Assembly: GCA_951406725.2 (NCBI GenBank)
Contig: OX597828.1
Span: 59,148,001-59,212,000, forward strand
Source: Octopus vulgaris
Taxonomy: Eukaryota
Direction: 5' to 3'
DNA length: 64,000 nucleotides
The number at the start of each line of letters is the position of its first letter. Within the stretch, counting starts at the first letter, position 1. Positions 63,186 to 64,000 of this stretch are shown here, in pieces. The notes below the pieces were generated by a model, which was given only the letters and a program-made list of their open reading frames with translations, ran no database searches and had not been told where the DNA came from. The position numbers and the translations under genes are program-made.

Positions 63186-63266
63186 GACTACACGTGTTTC
63201 GTGGCTATATTTTCAAACTGATAATAGTAAAATCAATTCCATTTAAATATAGTCACTCATCAGGTC
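63186..63266 (-). ncRNA. Type I hammerhead ribozyme with canonical core and 12-bp stem II
   Basis: Minus strand: GAC CTGATGA GTGACTATATTT...AAATATAGCCAC GAAAC ACGT GTA GTC. Confidence 0.75.
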
Positions 63267-63633
63267 ACTCGGTTGTTGTTGTTTTGGTCAAGGTCAAATC
63301 TGATCGAACAGACCTAAGATCAAAGGCTTTCCAAACGTGACTACCCCTATGTTTTAGAGGAGTTTAGGATTGCATTATCAAAGATATTATTTTCGTAACT
63401 GCATGATTGGTTGCTATTTGCAGCTGGTCAAGTGACAACATAGTTACTCTCTTATTCCTGATGCTAAAATTCAATGCAGGAAACTATAACGGTGCTGATG
63501 AATTCTGTAGTTTGAAGCACTTAGCTCAGTTCTCCCATACGAAAAATTACCTTCAAGGGACCAGCATCATATCCGGGAGGTTTTTCTCCAAACTTTAATA
63601 TTACAGAAACCGAGGGTAAACAAAGGTGCTCTA

Positions 63634-64000
63634 TACGAGTAAGCACTCAAAAGAAACCGGAAACGTTGTAGTTCAAGGTTCCGCCACTAGAAGCCACTTG
63701 ACGCCACCCTCAGGCATCAGTCTGCTGACCGGCGTCGTACTTCCACGAGGTGCGTATTTGTTTGACAGTACTTCTCTTTTGTTGGTCGATTTTTTGCGAT
63801 GGCTGAAACGAACGAACAGCGTGCTTCCGTGAAATTTTACTTTCTGCTGGGGCAAACGGAGACCGAAATAGTTGTGATGCTTCTAACAGCTTACAAAGAC
63901 GTTGCCATGAAAACATCACAAAAATTCATGAACAGATCTTGGAGGAGCGTCCCAAAACAGTTGACGGACTTGTTGATATGACTGGTATGTCCTGGAGCTC
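63634..64000 (+). mobile_element. mariner-like element 5' end (TIR plus degenerate transposase N-terminus), running off the window
   Basis: TACGAG...CACTCAAAAGAAACCGGAA terminus; MAETNEQRASVKFYFLLGQTETEIVVMLLTAY (63799) matches the mariner EQR-x-x-IKF...G HTH start. Confidence 0.8.

Overview
AT-rich, repeat-dense eukaryotic genomic DNA. The SINE/MITE families and the (TA)n/(CA)n load suggest a cephalopod, probably Octopus; this is inferred from the repeats, not verified. Three host genes are supported. (1) An intronless class A GPCR on + (12382-13578) with degenerate DRY/CWxP/NPxxY motifs and a decayed partial duplicate ~1.5 kb downstream. (2) The last seven exons (27523-41973, +) of a CCCH zinc-finger plus extended-Tudor protein with Krimper-like architecture; its second visible intron holds a ~5.2-kb array of ~34 head-to-tail 153-bp tRNA-SINE heads. 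(3) The 3' exons of a single-pass membrane protein on - ending in EDTIL. The rest is tRNA-SINEs, RTE-type LINE tails, piggyBac-like and mariner MITEs, a full-length dead IR/DR Tc1 element, Penelope-like GIY-YIG fragments, foldback palindromes and microsatellites. Reading both strands revealed several minimal type I hammerhead ribozyme (HHR) motifs, including a G3:C8-swapped core inside a 203-bp TSD-flanked insertion. Most short ORFs in the track are microsatellite or SINE artefacts. All calls were made by eye, without database searches.
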